From NCBI GenBank assembly GCA_032718475.1, contig JAUCBJ010008015.1, forward strand, positions 1 through 64,000: DNA of 64,000 bases. The letters run 5' to 3'. Source of the DNA: Nemertoderma westbladi (taxonomy: Eukaryota > Animalia > Xenacoelomorpha). Shown here one piece after another: positions 60,714 to 64,000 of the stretch (position 1 is the first letter of the stretch; the number at the start of each line of letters is the position of its first letter). Both the position numbers and the translations under genes were made by a program. Below the pieces are notes generated by a model. The model was not told where the DNA came from, made no database searches, and saw only the letters and a list, made by a program, of their open reading frames with translations.

Positions 60714-60830
60714 CAGTCTGCCGCTAGGGAGTAAAAGTGATTAGGAGAAATCTGCTTATATTTTGCTTATAATTTTTTCGAGTTGACAATTAACATTAAT
60801 TTATTTCACGTGCCTCGCGAAGGCACTTCG
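60714..60830. mobile_element. 3' fragment of the same family as 52461-53876
   Basis: CAGTCTGCCGCTAG...AAAAGTGATTAGG.GAAATCTGCTTA...CACGTGC..CGCGAAGGC.ACTTCG matches 53770-53876. Confidence 0.7.
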
Positions 60831-60889
60831 AGCCGTTAATGCACAATTTATATTATATTTATCCGGACCACGAAATGAGAAAGATTTAC

Positions 60890-60931
60890 CTGAAACGTTC
60901 AGCAAAGGTTTATTGTGAGTAACGGGAACTG
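60890..60931 (-). CDS. Gene B 42-bp exon
   Basis: tatatag|(A)VPVTHNKPLLNVS|gtaaat; phase 1-1, fits both neighbours. Confidence 0.5.
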
Positions 60932-61573
60932 CTATATAATACAATGGAGTAACATAATAAAACCAGATGTTTTGAACTGATTGCATATTATATAGTTTAT
61001 ATTATATATACCGGCATTAAGTTGTATAAATAATTACGTCAAAATCAGTTTAACGAATAAATTATAATTAAAATATTAACAAAAAAAATACGATGTAACA
61101 TTTTATAACTCAAACAATAACGGATCGATTTTCTACCTTTTTCAGACGAGAAACTGTCCCAAAAAAAACGTTCAATAAAAACGGAGTAAAAATAATTGAA
61201 TGATATAACGTTATCTGTATGAAATAAGTTGATTCCAGAAGAAATCGTAACTTCGCTATTTAACAGTTTGAAATTGTATTTTGTTCTACAAACTTTTTAT
61301 TTTGAAGCGATAAATGTTAATATTCAATCGGTATTTATTGGCTCAGGTGGGACGTTATTTGGGTCAGTTTATCAGTCTAAAATAAAAAAGGAAAAACGTC
61401 TCAAAAAAACCTCCAAATAAAAACTGGTGACTTTCGCTAAGCCGTTTTCAACAAAATTAATTAGTAATAAATCTTAAGATTAATGTTAAGCAACTCTAAA
61501 TTTACTAACAAAACACAAAAAGTAAACAATTAAGTATTAGTTGTTCCCATGAGTAGATCATATTTATTTCTAC

Positions 61574-61841
61574 CTGAACTATCAGCTAATTCGTCAATAT
61601 CTAACTGCTGTTTGACCCCAGTGGTTGCGATAACAGCTGGTTGGATCTCTATCAACGGCTTGATTGAGTTCGAATCACCGGCAGCGTTCATTGGGGGAGT
61701 CGGGGATCTCGTATTCAACTCGATCTTGTGATTGGACCAATTACTTTTACTGTATTTCTTCGTCATCGAATCGGGATTGGATGAAGACGACGGGAATGCC
61801 GAACTCTTCCGAGCCGTGGTAGACAACGTCGGGGGGTCGGC
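61574..61841 (-). CDS. Gene B internal exon, Ser/Thr/Pro-rich
   Basis: gaatag|ADPPTLSTTARKSSAFPSSSSNPDSMTKKYSKSNW...DELADSS|gtagaa; 268 bp, phase 0 to 1. Confidence 0.7.
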
Positions 61842-61917
61842 CTATTCGAATCAATTAAACTTGAATTAAATTAAAAACATTTAAAAAATTGAAAGAAATA
61901 AACTTTTATCTTAATCC

Positions 61918-62099
61918 CGGTTCACATATACATTCGCAGTGACAGCACGGTGGTTTTTCGTCACGTTTTGACTGCACTTTAACAGCGCCCTCCGCGTTTT
62001 CGGAGCGCTGTAACCAAAAACCCAAACCCTGTGATTGGTCAGCATTGCGCTCTCACAAAGCTGCCATGCGTTGTCACAGCAAAGTGTATCTGTTAGCCG
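61918..62099. mobile_element. Small degraded MITE with imperfect ~30-bp TIRs
   Basis: CGGTTCACATATACATTCGCAGTGACAGC versus the reverse complement of GTTGTCACAGCAAAGTGTATCTGTTAGCCG. Confidence 0.45.
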
Positions 62100-62327
62100 A
62101 ACTTTGGTCCTGGCCTACTCCTATGTGACAATCATACAGTAAGCAGGGAGGAGTTTACTAGCATGTAAATCAGCCCAGTAATTGATTCCAGCAGACTGAG
62201 GCGAGTCTTGCTGTGTCTCATTTCTGTTTATGATGCGAACAGGTATTCCTTGGCTTGATGAGCATAAAAGACTCTCCCATTCAAAATTATAACAACACCG
62301 TATCCTTTGTTCCATATTTCTAATCAG

Positions 62328-64000
62328 CTTACCGCACTACTTGTACCAGATCTGTTTCCTCTAATCCTTTCTATTACTTACCGCACTGCTTGTACCAGAT
62401 CTGTTGCCTCTAATCCTTTCTATTACTTACCGCACTGCTTGTACCAGATCTGTTGCCTCTAATCCTTTCTATTACTTACCGCACTGCTTGTACCAGATCT
62501 GTTGCCTCTAATCCTTTCTATTACTTACCGCACTGCTTGTACCAGATCTGTTGCCTCTAATCCTTTCTATTACTTACCGCACTGCTTGTACCAGATCTGT
62601 TGCCTCTAATCCTTTCTATTACTTACCGCACTGCTTGTACCAGATCTGTTGCCTCTAATCCTTTCTATTACTTACCGCACTGCTTGTACCAGATCTGTTG
62701 CCTCTAATCCTTTCTATTACTTACCGCACTGCTTGTACCAGATCTGTTGCCTCTAATCCTTTCTATTACTTACCACACTGCTTGTACCAGATCTGTTGCC
62801 TCTAATCCTTTCTATTACTTACCACACTGCTTGTACCAGATCTGTTGCCTCTAATCCTTTCTATTACTTACCACACTGCTTGTACCAGATCTGTTGCCTC
62901 TAATCCTTTCTATTACTTACCGCACTGCTTGTACCAGATCTGTTGCCTCTAATCCTTTCTATTACTTACCACACTGCTTGTACCAGATCTGTTGCCTCTA
63001 ATCCTTTCTATTACTTACCACACTGCTTGTACCAGATCTGTTGCCTCTAATCCTTTCTATGACTTACCGCACTGCTTGTACCAGATCTGTCGCCTCTAAT
63101 CCTTTCTATTACTTACCGCACTGCTTGTACCAGATCTGTTGCCTCTAATCCTTTCTATTACTTACCGCACTGATTGTACCAGATCTGTTGCCTCTAATCC
63201 TTTCTATTACTTACCGCACTGCTTGTACCAGATCTGTTGCCTCTAATCCTCTCTATTACTTACCGCACTGCTTGTTCCAGATCTGTTGCCTCTAATCCTT
63301 TCTATTACTTACCGCACTGCTTGTACCAGATCTGTTGCCTCTAATCCTTTCTATTACTTACCGCACTGCTTGTACCAGATCTGTTGCCTCTAATCCTTTC
63401 TATTACTTACCGCACTGCTTGTAACAGATCTGTTGCCTCTAATCCTTTCTATTACTTACCGCACTGCTTGTACCAGATCTGTTGCCTCTAATCCTTTCTA
63501 TTACTTACCGCACTGCTTGTACCAGATCTGTTACCTCTAATCCTTTCTATTACTTACCGCACTGCTTGTACCAGATCTGTTGCCTCTAATCCTTTCTATT
63601 ACTTACCGCACTGCTTGTACCAGATCTGTTGCCTCTAATCCTTTCTATTACTTACTGCACTGTTTGTACCAGATCTGTTGCCTCTAATCCTTTCTATTAC
63701 TTACTGCACTGCTTGTTCCAGGATCTGTTGCCTCTAATCCTTTCTATTACTTACCGCACTGCTTTTACCAGATCTGTTGCATCTAATCCTTTCTATTACT
63801 TACCGCAATGCTTGTACCAGATCTGTTTCCTCTAATCCTTTCTATTACTTACCGCACTGCTTGTACCAGATCTGTTGCCTCTAATCCTTTCTATTACTTA
63901 CCGCACTGCTTGTACCAGATCTGTTGCCTCTAATCCTTTCTATTACTTACCGCACTGCTTGTACCAGATCTGTTGCCTCTAATCCTTTCTATTACTTACC
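62328..64000 (-). repeat. 49-bp satellite (at least 34 copies, runs off window) containing a GTAAGT donor in each unit
   Basis: Minus-strand unit AGGATTAGAGGCAACAGATCTGGTACAAGCAGTGCG|GTAAGTAATAGAA. Confidence 0.95.

Overview
AT-rich genomic DNA from an invertebrate animal (spliceosomal GT-AG introns; no prokaryotic features or CRISPR; lineage cannot be fixed from sequence alone). A minus-strand adhesion-GPCR ectodomain gene spans 3832-44015. I reconstructed 11 exons by hand (SEA-like, Ig, Ig-like, HormR, GAIN/GPS). It carries two in-frame TAA stops and a 7-bp duplication frameshift, and the exon phases are consistent once that duplication is removed, so it is probably a young pseudogene or null allele. 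One of its introns holds an intact antisense two-exon gene for a secreted fibrinogen-related protein with a signal peptide, acidic propeptide and KR site. The last four coding exons of a second minus-strand gene lie at 55579-61841. About 27 kb (~40%) of the window is private tandem arrays (37, 62, 66/34, ~35, 56, 15 and 49 bp units). The 13.3-kb 56-bp array is an amplified exon 3' end plus GTAAGT splice donor, and the 49-bp array looks like a second case. Mobile elements include an intact Mag-like Ty3/Gypsy element with apparently identical 175-bp LTRs and a non-autonomous Helentron-like element, both nested in one LINE. There are also further LINE fragments (CR1/L2 group, CRE, RTE tails), tRNA-derived SINEs with TSDs, MITEs, a Tc1 remnant, and a frameshifted CCHC-knuckle ORF at the left edge. 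All calls come from manual reading; no database searches were run.
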